Shown here: positions 27,061 to 34,359 of the stretch, one piece after another
Layout: each line of letters starts with the position of its first letter
Position numbering within the stretch: the stretch's first letter is position 1
DNA from: a virus
Taxonomy: Duplodnaviria > Caudoviricetes
Reading direction: 5' to 3' (one strand)
Virus record (IMG/VR): IMGVR_UViG_3300031176_000060
Location: 1 to 43,768 of that record
Length of the DNA: 43,768 bases
Notes under the pieces: model-generated
Databases searched by the model: none
What the model was told of the DNA's origin: nothing
The model's input: only the letters and a program-made list of their open reading frames with translations
Translations under genes and position numbers: made by a program

Positions 27061-27297
27061 CTATTCGAGATACAGCTTATATCTCATAACAGTATCTTCC
27101 CCGTCCGGGAATCTCGTTTCTATCTCCACAATTCTTTTTTGTTGGTTAATATTGGAAACAGCAATTATATCCCCAACGTTAATCTCCCAATTCCACTCAG
27201 GGGACTCCTTTTTCACATCAACCCCGTAATAACTTCCAACCATCTGACCATTTTCATATACTTCAATCTCGTCCTGTGGATTTATTTTATAAGTCAT
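27061..27297 (-). CDS. Hypothetical protein
   Basis: GGAGGTG RBS before ATG 27297; AT-rich. Confidence 0.65.
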   Translation of the reverse strand: MTYKINPQDEIEVYENGQMVGSYYGVDVKKESPEWNWEINVGDIIAVSNINQQKRIVEIETRFPDGEDTVMRYKLYLE

Positions 27298-27429
27298 ACA
27301 AATCACCTCCCATCTCCACAATTCGCCACCAGCGACCATATTCCTACAACTTTCGCCCGACATTTTCCGACAAGCAGCAGGATTAAACTACCATTCTGTT
27401 TAATTCCGAAGTAGGAGGGAGGTGAAATA

Positions 27430-27621
27430 ATGGCTAAATATGTGATTAACCACAACACCAAAGAGATTCATCGTACAGCGTACACAACCAACAATTGTCA
27501 GATTCCTGAGATTACGTCTTCTCATCGTGAAGATACTGATAGCGATGGTCGTGTAGCTCAATTGATCCGAGATGGTTATAACGGTTGTTACTGGTGCTAC
27601 CGGACACAGCATACTGGCTAA
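27430..27621 (+). CDS. Small putative Zn-binding protein (moron)
   Basis: Strong RBS AGGAGGGAGGTG; H..C..CxxC pattern; hairpin 27630-27652 follows. Confidence 0.75.
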   Translation: MAKYVINHNTKEIHRTAYTTNNCQIPEITSSHREDTDSDGRVAQLIRDGYNGCYWCYRTQHTG

Positions 27622-27651
27622 AGGCCTGACGGGGGAGAGAATCCTCTCTCC

Positions 27652-28065
27652 CTATTCCACAATTCCTAAATTCTTTTGGAAGGGGATTCCTTCCTTTTTG
27701 TGCCAAGCCTTGACTTCCTCCATTGTTAAGCATCCGGTTTTGAGTTGCATTCGCCATACACCATTATGATTCCCATCAGCATAATAGTATGGGTACGGCC
27801 GGTACCCGAGTCGTCGTGCCTCCTCCACACTTTCCTCCTGTATTAATACGCTGGGCGGGTCAGCATATCCTTTCCAACGACCAAACGCATTCTCCCACTC
27901 GATCACCTCTCCAGCTCGTCCATGGCCGCAACAGCACCCCAGGGTTATAATACCCTGATCGTTCAAGTCTTGGATCTCGTCCGCGATGCAGGCATCCACT
28001 TTTACCCGCTGGTTTTGCTGTTCGTTGATAACATTCACCCACTTGTAGACTCCCTGCAAACACAT
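27652..28065 (-). CDS. Hypothetical phage protein with CCCGHG motif
   Basis: VDACIADEIQ.LN..GI.TLGCCCGHG; GAGGTG RBS. Confidence 0.7.
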   Translation of the reverse strand: MCLQGVYKWVNVINEQQNQRVKVDACIADEIQDLNDQGIITLGCCCGHGRAGEVIEWENAFGRWKGYADPPSVLIQEESVEEARRLGYRPYPYYYADGNHNGVWRMQLKTGCLTMEEVKAWHKKEGIPFQKNLGIVE

Positions 28066-28210
28066 CCGAGATCACCTCTTTACAACAGTATGGGCGCAGT
28101 TCATCCGTTTAGACCTAAGAAAGGATGCACCACCCCGTTTCCGAGGCGGTACCAGAGGGGTTCTACCGAAAGAAAAAACTCCTTTCACTTATAGGTGGCA
28201 TTCGCATGAC

Positions 28211-28245
28211 AAAAAACAGCCTCATCCAACAAGGAAGAGGCTGTT
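28211..28245 (-). terminator. Terminator at end of sigma-like gene
   Basis: AACAGCCTC/GAGGCTGTT stem with minus-strand T-run. Confidence 0.55.
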
Positions 28246-28788
28246 CATCACTCGTTCCGATATTTTTTGTTGTGCGCGCTTGATGTGAGTGTCTACGCTG
28301 CTTTTTGTAATGCCGAGCATATCCGCAATTTGTGAATGAGTGAAGCATTCTCCATGTGCAAGCACATAGCACTCCCTTTCCCTCTCGCTCAATACGCACA
28401 GCGCGTCCTCAATCTGATGCAGCTGCCACTCCGTCAAGTTCGCCGGACTGCCGGCCGTGCTACGAGCGACGAACGCCTGCATCCGAATCGGGTCCATAAG
28501 CCGTTCCCGCTGATACGCCGCCTGCCGCTCAATCCCCCGTCGGTTCCCCGGACGCCGGCCGGTCTCCAGCCACTCGATCACGTACTCGACGTTGCTGATC
28601 ATCTCGCCGATGATTTGACGCTCGCTTTTATTTTCGTCTCCATTCGACGTGGTTTTTGCCTTCCCGTTCTTCTTTTGGGCTTCTTCAAGACGAACGATTC
28701 TATCCGAATCGTCGCTCTCTTTCAGACGACGCTGAATGCGTTCCAGCGCCTTTCTGGTCTCTTTGTACTCCTTCAGCAAATCCTGCAT
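28222..28788 (-). CDS. Sigma-70 region-4 late-gene activator (Xpf-like)
   Basis: YVIEWL.TGR.PG.RRGIER and LSERERECY...IADMLGITKSSV...IKRA. Confidence 0.88.
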   Translation of the reverse strand: MQDLLKEYKETRKALERIQRRLKESDDSDRIVRLEEAQKKNGKAKTTSNGDENKSERQIIGEMISNVEYVIEWLETGRRPGNRRGIERQAAYQRERLMDPIRMQAFVARSTAGSPANLTEWQLHQIEDALCVLSERERECYVLAHGECFTHSQIADMLGITKSSVDTHIKRAQQKISERVMNSLFLVG

Positions 28789-28809
28789 GAGAACCCCTCC
28801 CCAATGCGT

Positions 28810-29031
28810 CTATTTGCGTCTGTTAGCCCGATCTTTGAGGAACCGTCGCGGCCCGACGTCCCCCATTAGGCGCCGCACTTCTTCAAACGTCAGCACATCT
28901 GCCGGCTTTCCGCGTGCCCGCGGCGGCTGTTGCTGCAGCCGTTCCTTTGCACGCTCCAGGTGCTCAGCAAAACTGATCGGCTCTTTCTCTTTCCTCTGCT
29001 TGTAATCCAAAATGTCCCTGACTTTTGCCAC
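28810..29031 (-). CDS. Hypothetical protein
   Basis: AGGAGG RBS before GTG 29031. Confidence 0.65.
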   Translation of the reverse strand: MAKVRDILDYKQRKEKEPISFAEHLERAKERLQQQPPRARGKPADVLTFEEVRRLMGDVGPRRFLKDRANRRK

Positions 29032-29053
29032 GGCTTGTCCTCCTTTTTCCGGC

Positions 29054-29109
29054 AAAATAAAAGAGGACGCCAGAACACACCCGTATTGGGTGATCGTTCT
29101 GACGCCCTC
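29054..29109 (-). terminator. Long-stem terminator/attenuator
   Basis: GAGGGCGTCAGAAC...GTTCTGGCGTCCTC-TTTTATTTT on minus strand. Confidence 0.65.
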
Positions 29110-29171
29110 CCGTATCTCGGTATCAGGCGTATATTTCGCTCGATACTTCGTTTTTGTTATTTTTCCGCTTA

Positions 29172-30149
29172 CTACAATTTGTTAAAAATGTGGTCCATAT
29201 GATATTTCAAGAAATTAGCTTCTAAATCATTTCGGGGGTAAGCCAACTCTCTCATATGATATCGGTTGGTATTGTCAATGTGAATTACTTTCATAGTATC
29301 AGGCTCTATCCCAATTGATCCATAATCAAATTCGGTGTGGTGAGTAGGACAAAGAATTATAATATTATCTTGAACATCAGGCCCATTGTGAGGGCTTCCT
29401 AACGGCTTTAAATGATGCCCTTCCGCATACTTTCTTCCGTTTGACAACTGAATTGTCTCCCCACAAATCTGGCATTTATACTCGTACCTATTCTTCAGTT
29501 GTCGAACTAAGTCAGTATCCCTAATTGTTCGGGTGATAAATGTTGTTACTCTTGAAGGTGGTAAGTAATCTGGTTGAACAGGTTCAGAGTAAGTCGGAAT
29601 AATTTCCTCTCGTATCTCTTCCTCGTTATAATCGAATCCAACTGAGTCAGCGATAATTGAAAAAAGATCGTAGAGTGACTCAGTAGCTGCAAACAAATAG
29701 CCTTGTGCAACCCTTAATTGACTTCCTCTGTACAAAACATAAAATGAACCCTTTTTCGTTTGATTCCTGATTTGGTAGAGTTCACTCTCGTAATCGTGGA
29801 AGATTTTACTTACTCCCACTGGGCTGGGCAGTGATTGAAAATTTCGAAGTGACACTCTGTAATAAGGTGACATTCCTGCCCATTTGTCCGCCTTTGGCGG
29901 TTCGTCTTGTAATTTAACTACTGAAGTAGCAGCCGTTGAAACTCCAACCCAAGCGTACTCCTTGCCATTATCAAGAAAATGAATGATGAAGTCACCTGGC
30001 TGTACTTCGTTCATGATTTCCCACGACCTACCACCGGCACGGTTGTAAACTGGACTCCAAAGACAAGTCCCAAATTCCCATCCTAAGCCTCCATGCTCAG
30101 GATTTGTTACCTCTACAAAAGCACGCCTATTAAATAACCCCGGTAACAC
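29172..30149 (-). CDS. EVE/PUA-like domain + HNH endonuclease; putative modification-dependent restriction enzyme
   Basis: LWSP, MNEVQPGDFIIH in N terminus; CQICG..EGHHLKPLG..HNGPD..DNIIILCPTHH..FD; AT-rich. Confidence 0.8.
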   Translation of the reverse strand: MLPGLFNRRAFVEVTNPEHGGLGWEFGTCLWSPVYNRAGGRSWEIMNEVQPGDFIIHFLDNGKEYAWVGVSTAATSVVKLQDEPPKADKWAGMSPYYRVSLRNFQSLPSPVGVSKIFHDYESELYQIRNQTKKGSFYVLYRGSQLRVAQGYLFAATESLYDLFSIIADSVGFDYNEEEIREEIIPTYSEPVQPDYLPPSRVTTFITRTIRDTDLVRQLKNRYEYKCQICGETIQLSNGRKYAEGHHLKPLGSPHNGPDVQDNIIILCPTHHTEFDYGSIGIEPDTMKVIHIDNTNRYHMRELAYPRNDLEANFLKYHMDHIFNKL

Positions 30150-30202
30150 CTTTCTCCCCTCCTGTCACCAAATTTTCGACAGGAGGGAATGTTTTCCTCT
30201 CT

Positions 30203-30409
30203 CTAAAACAGTTCGCTTTCTCTGAAATCCACCTTGGAAATCTTTCCCTGACTTGATTTTACCACGGTTTCGCCGTGTGGCACCAGTGGTACGAACTTGG
30301 CTTTCCCTTGTTTCGGATCCACCAGGATCATGGCCGGCTCTTTTCCTACTGGGACCGTGATCGTCATTGTCTTTATATCGATTTTCAGTTCCTTGGCTCG
30401 TGTGCTCAT
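30203..30409 (-). CDS. XtrA/YqaO-family protein
   Basis: GKAK..PL..HGET.VK...GKI..V.F.E.ELF; GAGGGG RBS. Confidence 0.75.
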   Translation of the reverse strand: MSTRAKELKIDIKTMTITVPVGKEPAMILVDPKQGKAKFVPLVPHGETVVKSSQGKISKVDFRESELF

Positions 30410-30614
30410 CTTCCATTCCCCCTCGCGGATTGCCCGTAGTATAATTTTCTTGGCGAAGTTTGTATTTGGCTCCCGGCAGGGGGCTGTTTTTTCTATGGAG
30501 GTAACATATGCCTGAATATAGTCTCCTTGACGCGGATAACAAGTCACTTTCCGTCGTTCTCTTTTTTGGTGTGGTTTTTGCGATTCTCTTGTTCTACAGA
30601 TCAAAAAAGTAATT

Positions 30615-30932
30615 TTAAGGTTCATCCCTCGCCAGCCGCGGCCAGTTCACATGCGGCGTGTAATAGTCGCATTTGGCCGATTGGCCTCCCCGCGGCACTT
30701 CAACCAGCGCCCGAGGAATTAACGCGCGCCGCTGCCCTTTGAGCTGGCTGGTAAACGTACCGGGAGGCATCAGAATGTATGCATCTTCTCCTGGATAAAC
30801 TATCGTCAGCACTTTGCCGCGTTTCGTTTTCGTGATGCCGCCCGCCTGACTCTTCCACTCCACAGTGTCGCCGACGGCATAATCCAGATGGTATGTCGTT
30901 TTGCCGTGCGTGAATTCTGTTTTGTAGTGCAT
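30615..30932 (-). CDS. Hypothetical phage protein (last gene of cassette region)
   Basis: VGDTVEWKSQAGG..K.KRGKV; GGAG RBS. Confidence 0.7.
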   Translation of the reverse strand: MHYKTEFTHGKTTYHLDYAVGDTVEWKSQAGGITKTKRGKVLTIVYPGEDAYILMPPGTFTSQLKGQRRALIPRALVEVPRGGQSAKCDYYTPHVNWPRLARDEP

Positions 30933-30971
30933 GCTTTCTCCTCTCCTTTACTCCCGAAATACTGTGTTAAA

Positions 30972-31166
30972 TCAATCGTTTTGGCTGACAACTATCAGTG
31001 AATCAACCGGATAGTATGCCAAGTGACCAAACGGCAATTTCGGCCCAACAGGCCACTGAACAAACGCTCGACCTGTCTTGGAAATCTTCACGACTTCCCC
31101 GTACTTGAGTACATCATCTTTCTTGTGGTGAACAATATCACCCTTCTTTACCTGCGTCTTATTCAT
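30972..31166 (-). CDS. Small SH3/KOW-like hypothetical protein (cassette)
   Basis: VKKGDIVHHK...YGEVVKI; AGGAGG RBS abuts site 31179; stop abuts site 30945. Confidence 0.7.
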   Translation of the reverse strand: MNKTQVKKGDIVHHKKDDVLKYGEVVKISKTGRAFVQWPVGPKLPFGHLAYYPVDSLIVVSQND

Positions 31167-31270
31167 CCCGATCCCTCCTTTTGTCACAGGTAATGTTGTG
31201 ATAAATCACCTTACAAAAGCTGGAACTTTTTCAATTGCCAATCGTAAAAATCGAAAAAGGAGGTTTGACA

Positions 31271-31480
31271 ATGGGCATTATTTTCGTAATCTTTTTCTAT
31301 ATCCTCTGGTTCGTCATTACTGGCTATATTGCGCTAAATCCGCGTGGTGCTTGGGAACTTCTCTGTAAATGGGAATCTACGCGGTACCCATCAAGACAAT
31401 ATTTTGGGTTACTTCGCCTATTCGGTATTTTGGCTTTTTGTGGCCCACTAATCTGGTTCATAACCCAATTCTTTAAGTGA
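31271..31480 (+). CDS. DUF6199-like two-TM protein (inverted cassette)
   Basis: NPRGAWEL..W....PS......RLFG pattern; AGGAGG RBS. Confidence 0.7.
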   Translation: MGIIFVIFFYILWFVITGYIALNPRGAWELLCKWESTRYPSRQYFGLLRLFGILAFCGPLIWFITQFFK

Positions 31481-31514
31481 TCCCCTCATTTAACTTGCCG
31501 TGTGTTGTGTTAAA

Positions 31515-31688
31515 TCAAATTTTCGCAATCGGCAGCTTTTCTTTTGTGATCGGGTCTGTCGGCCAATCTCCGTTTTCGAAGTACTTAGGGTATAGGATTC
31601 TGTCAGCATCTCCGAACAGAATTTTTCCACCTGTGAAGCAAAGATGGGGTTTCCCGTCCCAACCTAAAGTGACACCGATGATCTCCAA
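31515..31688 (-). CDS. Hypothetical 57-aa protein (cassette; not in ORF track)
   Basis: Hand translation MEIIGVTLGWDGKPHLCFTGGKILFGDADRILYPKYFENGDWPTDPITKEKLPIAKI; fills the space between sites 31488 and 31702. Confidence 0.6.
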   Translation of the reverse strand: MEIIGVTLGWDGKPHLCFTGGKILFGDADRILYPKYFENGDWPTDPITKEKLPIAKI

Positions 31689-31733
31689 TTTTCAAACCCC
31701 CATTTACCTCAATTACCGGTGTGTTAAGATGCC

Positions 31734-32177
31734 CTATGGAGCCAAGTCGTTCATATGTTGGGCGCAATCTTGGCAGATGCCGCCTTGATCCAACGGCATT
31801 AGTTCAGTTTCTTCTTGGCACCAAACACACTTCCCAAGAAAATTGCACCCTTCCTGTAAGGTCTGTAATACCGCGTTGCAAATGGCTTCTTCTTTCGATT
31901 CCTCCAGCCATGCCTTGCCGACTTTCCCGCACGGAGTAATGCCCTTGAATGAGTATCCTCCATCATGTCTGTGCAAAGACCACTCTTCGCCAAATACCTT
32001 TTCAGCAAGCTGAATCGCATCGGCTATGTTGTGGAGTGGGTCCCAACTATCTACTTGTGCAGAAATGTCTTGACCCTCGGAGTCTACCCATATGATCGAC
32101 ACCCCAATATTGACTTGCCTCCACTCCATCCCCTGCGTAGCCAGCGTTTCAATGATCTGCTGTTCGGTCGATTCCAT
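31734..32177 (-). CDS. Phage ABA-sandwich-domain-like protein with C-terminal Cys cluster
   Basis: WDPLHNIADAIQLAEK ... EAICNAVL; CVWC..CQDC tail. Confidence 0.65.
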   Translation of the reverse strand: MESTEQQIIETLATQGMEWRQVNIGVSIIWVDSEGQDISAQVDSWDPLHNIADAIQLAEKVFGEEWSLHRHDGGYSFKGITPCGKVGKAWLEESKEEAICNAVLQTLQEGCNFLGKCVWCQEETELMPLDQGGICQDCAQHMNDLAP

Positions 32178-32337
32178 CGTCCCCCTCCTCTTCAAACGCC
32201 ATTTTGAACGTGCTTTCCAAGATGCTCACATACTTTTCCAATTGCCAATCAGACATTTTGCTTATATCCGGACCGTGTCCCGGTACGGTCCGGAAGTTCT
32301 CCAATCGCTTGAGTAGGGCTTGTCTGGTCGCCGTCAC
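32149..32337 (-). CDS. Hypothetical protein
   Basis: AGGAGG RBS; overlaps next gene. Confidence 0.65.
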   Translation of the reverse strand: MTATRQALLKRLENFRTVPGHGPDISKMSDWQLEKYVSILESTFKMAFEEEGDDGIDRTADH

Positions 32338-32437
32338 CAATTTTCCTCCTTAACTAGTGTGAAAAGTTCATTATTCAGTTGGTTAATGTAACTTCCGATA
32401 AGGTTTATAAAACTATCAAATAAAAAGGGTGTTCTAT

Positions 32438-32689
32438 ATGGCATACCTTATCGGTACCTTTGTTTGGTTAATTTTGGTTGGATTCAGTATCTACATGTGG
32501 AATCAACCGAGTGGTTTTCTTGTACTTTTAGGGCACTTTATGGTTTTTGTTGTCGGTGTAGGAAGTACAATTCTTTATGCTATCTATTTACTTTTGGTTT
32601 TTTTATCCAAGCGGAATATGATAGCTTTTTGGATTATCCTTGGAATCACTGTGATAGCAATACTTAGCCTGTTTCTGTATATAACTTGA
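32438..32689 (+). CDS. Three-TM membrane protein (inverted cassette)
   Basis: Very hydrophobic, AT-rich; followed by hairpin 32705-32734. Confidence 0.7.
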   Translation: MAYLIGTFVWLILVGFSIYMWNQPSGFLVLLGHFMVFVVGVGSTILYAIYLLLVFLSKRNMIAFWIILGITVIAILSLFLYIT

Positions 32690-32829
32690 AGGACTTTATT
32701 GAGCAGCCGGGCCAATCCGGTCGCCGGCTTCTTTACTGGATACACATCGTGTTAAACACCTTAGACCTGCTCCCCAATGCAAACCCTCCAATTTGGAAAC
32801 ACTATACGGTGATAGGAGGTCGAACCAAC

Positions 32830-33050
32830 ATGGGGGCTAATGAAACCAAGAAAACTATGCGGTTTTGGATATTTTCAGGTATTGTTGCAATCGTCGCTTC
32901 ACAGTTGCCACTATTACTGAAAAAAAGCAACTCGACAATCAAGCACAGCAGCAACAACAAAAAAGACCTTGGTGGATAAAGTTGCTTATATGGGCACTTA
33001 TAGCAGTTACAATTCGGATTATTATTTGGTTGTTCAACTTTTTTACTTAA
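32830..33050 (+). pseudogene. Two-TM membrane protein gene split by a frameshift in an A7 run
   Basis: AGGAGGT RBS; adding one A at 32920-32926 joins MGANETKK..FWIFSGIVAIV.. to ..RPWWIKLLIWALIAV.. Confidence 0.55.
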
Positions 33051-33131
33051 TCCATCCCCCCATTTAACAAATTGAGCATTGTGTTAAATTGCTTGGTCAT
33101 GGCTCTGCTTAATTGCTACCAGATTGTGTTC

Positions 33132-33674
33132 CTACAAACTGAAATCATCCACCGCCTGGTCCATCAGGTCCTGATTGATACCGATGTATCTGAGCGTGAT
33201 GCTCGGATGACTGTGGTTGAAGATCATCTGCAGCGTCGCCACGTCCTTAGTCCGCTGGTAGAAGTGATACCCAAATGTCTTGCGCAGCGTATGTGTCCCG
33301 ATCTCGCTCAGTCCGACCTTGCGTGCCGCTCCGTTGATGATCTGATACGCTCTCACTCGCGTAATTGGTGCCGGCCGCTTCTTTGAGGCGAACAGGTATT
33401 CATCGGCCTGCATGCTCGCGGTATACTTGTCGATCTGCTTCCGTAGCTTGGCGTTGATCTTGAATCGCTTTCTCTTTCCGGTTTTCTTCTCGGTGATCAG
33501 GATGTGACTCTTTCCCCGAACGTCTCCGACTTTCAAGCGCAGCAGGTCAGAGATGCGCAACCCCGTGTTGATCCCAAGGACAAACAAGAACTGGTTACGC
33601 CGCGACTGCTTTTTAAGCAGCTTCTTCATCTGCTTGATTTTTGCTTTGTCTCGTATCGGCTCAACGTAGTTCAT
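33132..33674 (-). CDS. Short tyrosine recombinase (catalytic domain only, 180 aa)
   Basis: TGLRISD, EKKTGK, GTHTLRKTFGY, NHS....TLRYIG: complete R-K-H-R-H-Y set. Confidence 0.93.
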   Translation of the reverse strand: MNYVEPIRDKAKIKQMKKLLKKQSRRNQFLFVLGINTGLRISDLLRLKVGDVRGKSHILITEKKTGKRKRFKINAKLRKQIDKYTASMQADEYLFASKKRPAPITRVRAYQIINGAARKVGLSEIGTHTLRKTFGYHFYQRTKDVATLQMIFNHSHPSITLRYIGINQDLMDQAVDDFSL

Positions 33675-33733
33675 CCTGATCACCTTTTTTGTCCCAACTG
33701 GTTGTGTTACGCTTCCAGAAGGAGCGTGATCGC

Positions 33734-33949
33734 ATGGAAAAGTCGTTCTATTACGCGGTCCCCTGGCAGGAAGTCAGCTACCTGCGCGAAGCCCTAGCCG
33801 CTCTGGAGATTCCGTTTGTCCTTGAGCAGGATGACTCGCTTGAACTGTCCGCCGGCGAGGTAGCCTTCGTTTTCCCCAATCTCCCCATCAGGCAGTTCCG
33901 CCACGTTTATGAGTTGTTCGGTCAGGCCGGCCGGCTGTATCCGGCCTAA
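33734..33949 (+). CDS. Hypothetical protein divergent from recombinase
   Basis: AAGGAG RBS; 71 aa, LEIPFVLEQ. Confidence 0.65.
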   Translation: MEKSFYYAVPWQEVSYLREALAALEIPFVLEQDDSLELSAGEVAFVFPNLPIRQFRHVYELFGQAGRLYPA

Positions 33950-34173
33950 TCCACCCTTTCCTTCGCCCAGGCTGCAAAAGCTGCCCGTGTCATATTGCCC
34001 TCCCGGCCCTTACCTCGGCCCTCAATCACCCTGTATCGAATGCAATCAGTGTCTGTTACTGCAGAGTAGAGTTTGTACTGCGGTCCTTCGTCTATCACTT
34101 TTCGGACCGAGTGCCCGCGCCCTTCTTTGCCATTGGAGTAATGACCGCCGATTACGATTTCCGATTTCTTCAT
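33946..34173 (-). CDS. Hypothetical phage protein
   Basis: GGAGG RBS; ..FAAWAKERV end. Confidence 0.7.
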   Translation of the reverse strand: MKKSEIVIGGHYSNGKEGRGHSVRKVIDEGPQYKLYSAVTDTDCIRYRVIEGRGKGREGNMTRAAFAAWAKERVD

Positions 34174-34175
34174 GA

Positions 34176-34331
34176 CTACTTCCTCCCGTTCCACGCCGGC
34201 AGCGCGCCGCCGACTTTCCAATTGTTCACTTTGGGGTTTGTCAACGATCGTTTGATATGCTCCGAAACATCACGCCTGATGATGCAGCCTTTTCTCCACG
34301 GATGATCCGGTTTGGGCTTTACTGTCATCAT
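34176..34331 (-). CDS. Hypothetical phage protein (KP..DHPWR motif)
   Basis: AGGTGGGG RBS; 51 aa. Confidence 0.6.
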   Translation of the reverse strand: MMTVKPKPDHPWRKGCIIRRDVSEHIKRSLTNPKVNNWKVGGALPAWNGRK

Positions 34332-34359
34332 GCCCCCACCTTTCAGGAGAGGAGCAGCT

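Larger units (their letters stand above)
30945..33134 (+). repeat. Array of seven direct-orientation 28-bp recombination-site-like repeats at gene boundaries
   Basis: 30945 CCTTTACTCCC GAAATA CTGTGTTAAAT; 31179 TTTTGTCACAG GTAATG TTGTGATAAAT; 31488 ATTTAACTTGC CGTGTG TTGTGTTAAAT; 31702 ATTTACCTCAA TTACCG GTGTGTTAAGA; 32730 TCTTTACTGGA TACACA TCGTGTTAAAC; 33062 ATTTAACAAAT TGAGCA TTGTGTTAAAT; 33107 GCTTAATTGCT ACCAGA TTGTGTTCCTA. Confidence 0.75.

Noticed and set aside
30585-30620. Terminal array site after the 105-aa gene
   Set aside because: No TT(A/T)AC-N14-GTTAA register could be fitted
32390-32417. Second dif-like site ACTTCCGATAA...
   Set aside because: Left arm resembles Bacillus dif but there is no TTATGT arm at 6-nt spacing; more likely promoter sequence
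30945-33134. CRISPR array interpretation of the repeats
   Set aside because: Repeats are degenerate, spacing is 17-1000 nt and contains whole genes; no cas genes
33132-33674. Prophage integrase call
   Set aside because: Too short, lacks N-terminal domains and lies mid-genome rather than at the prophage edge
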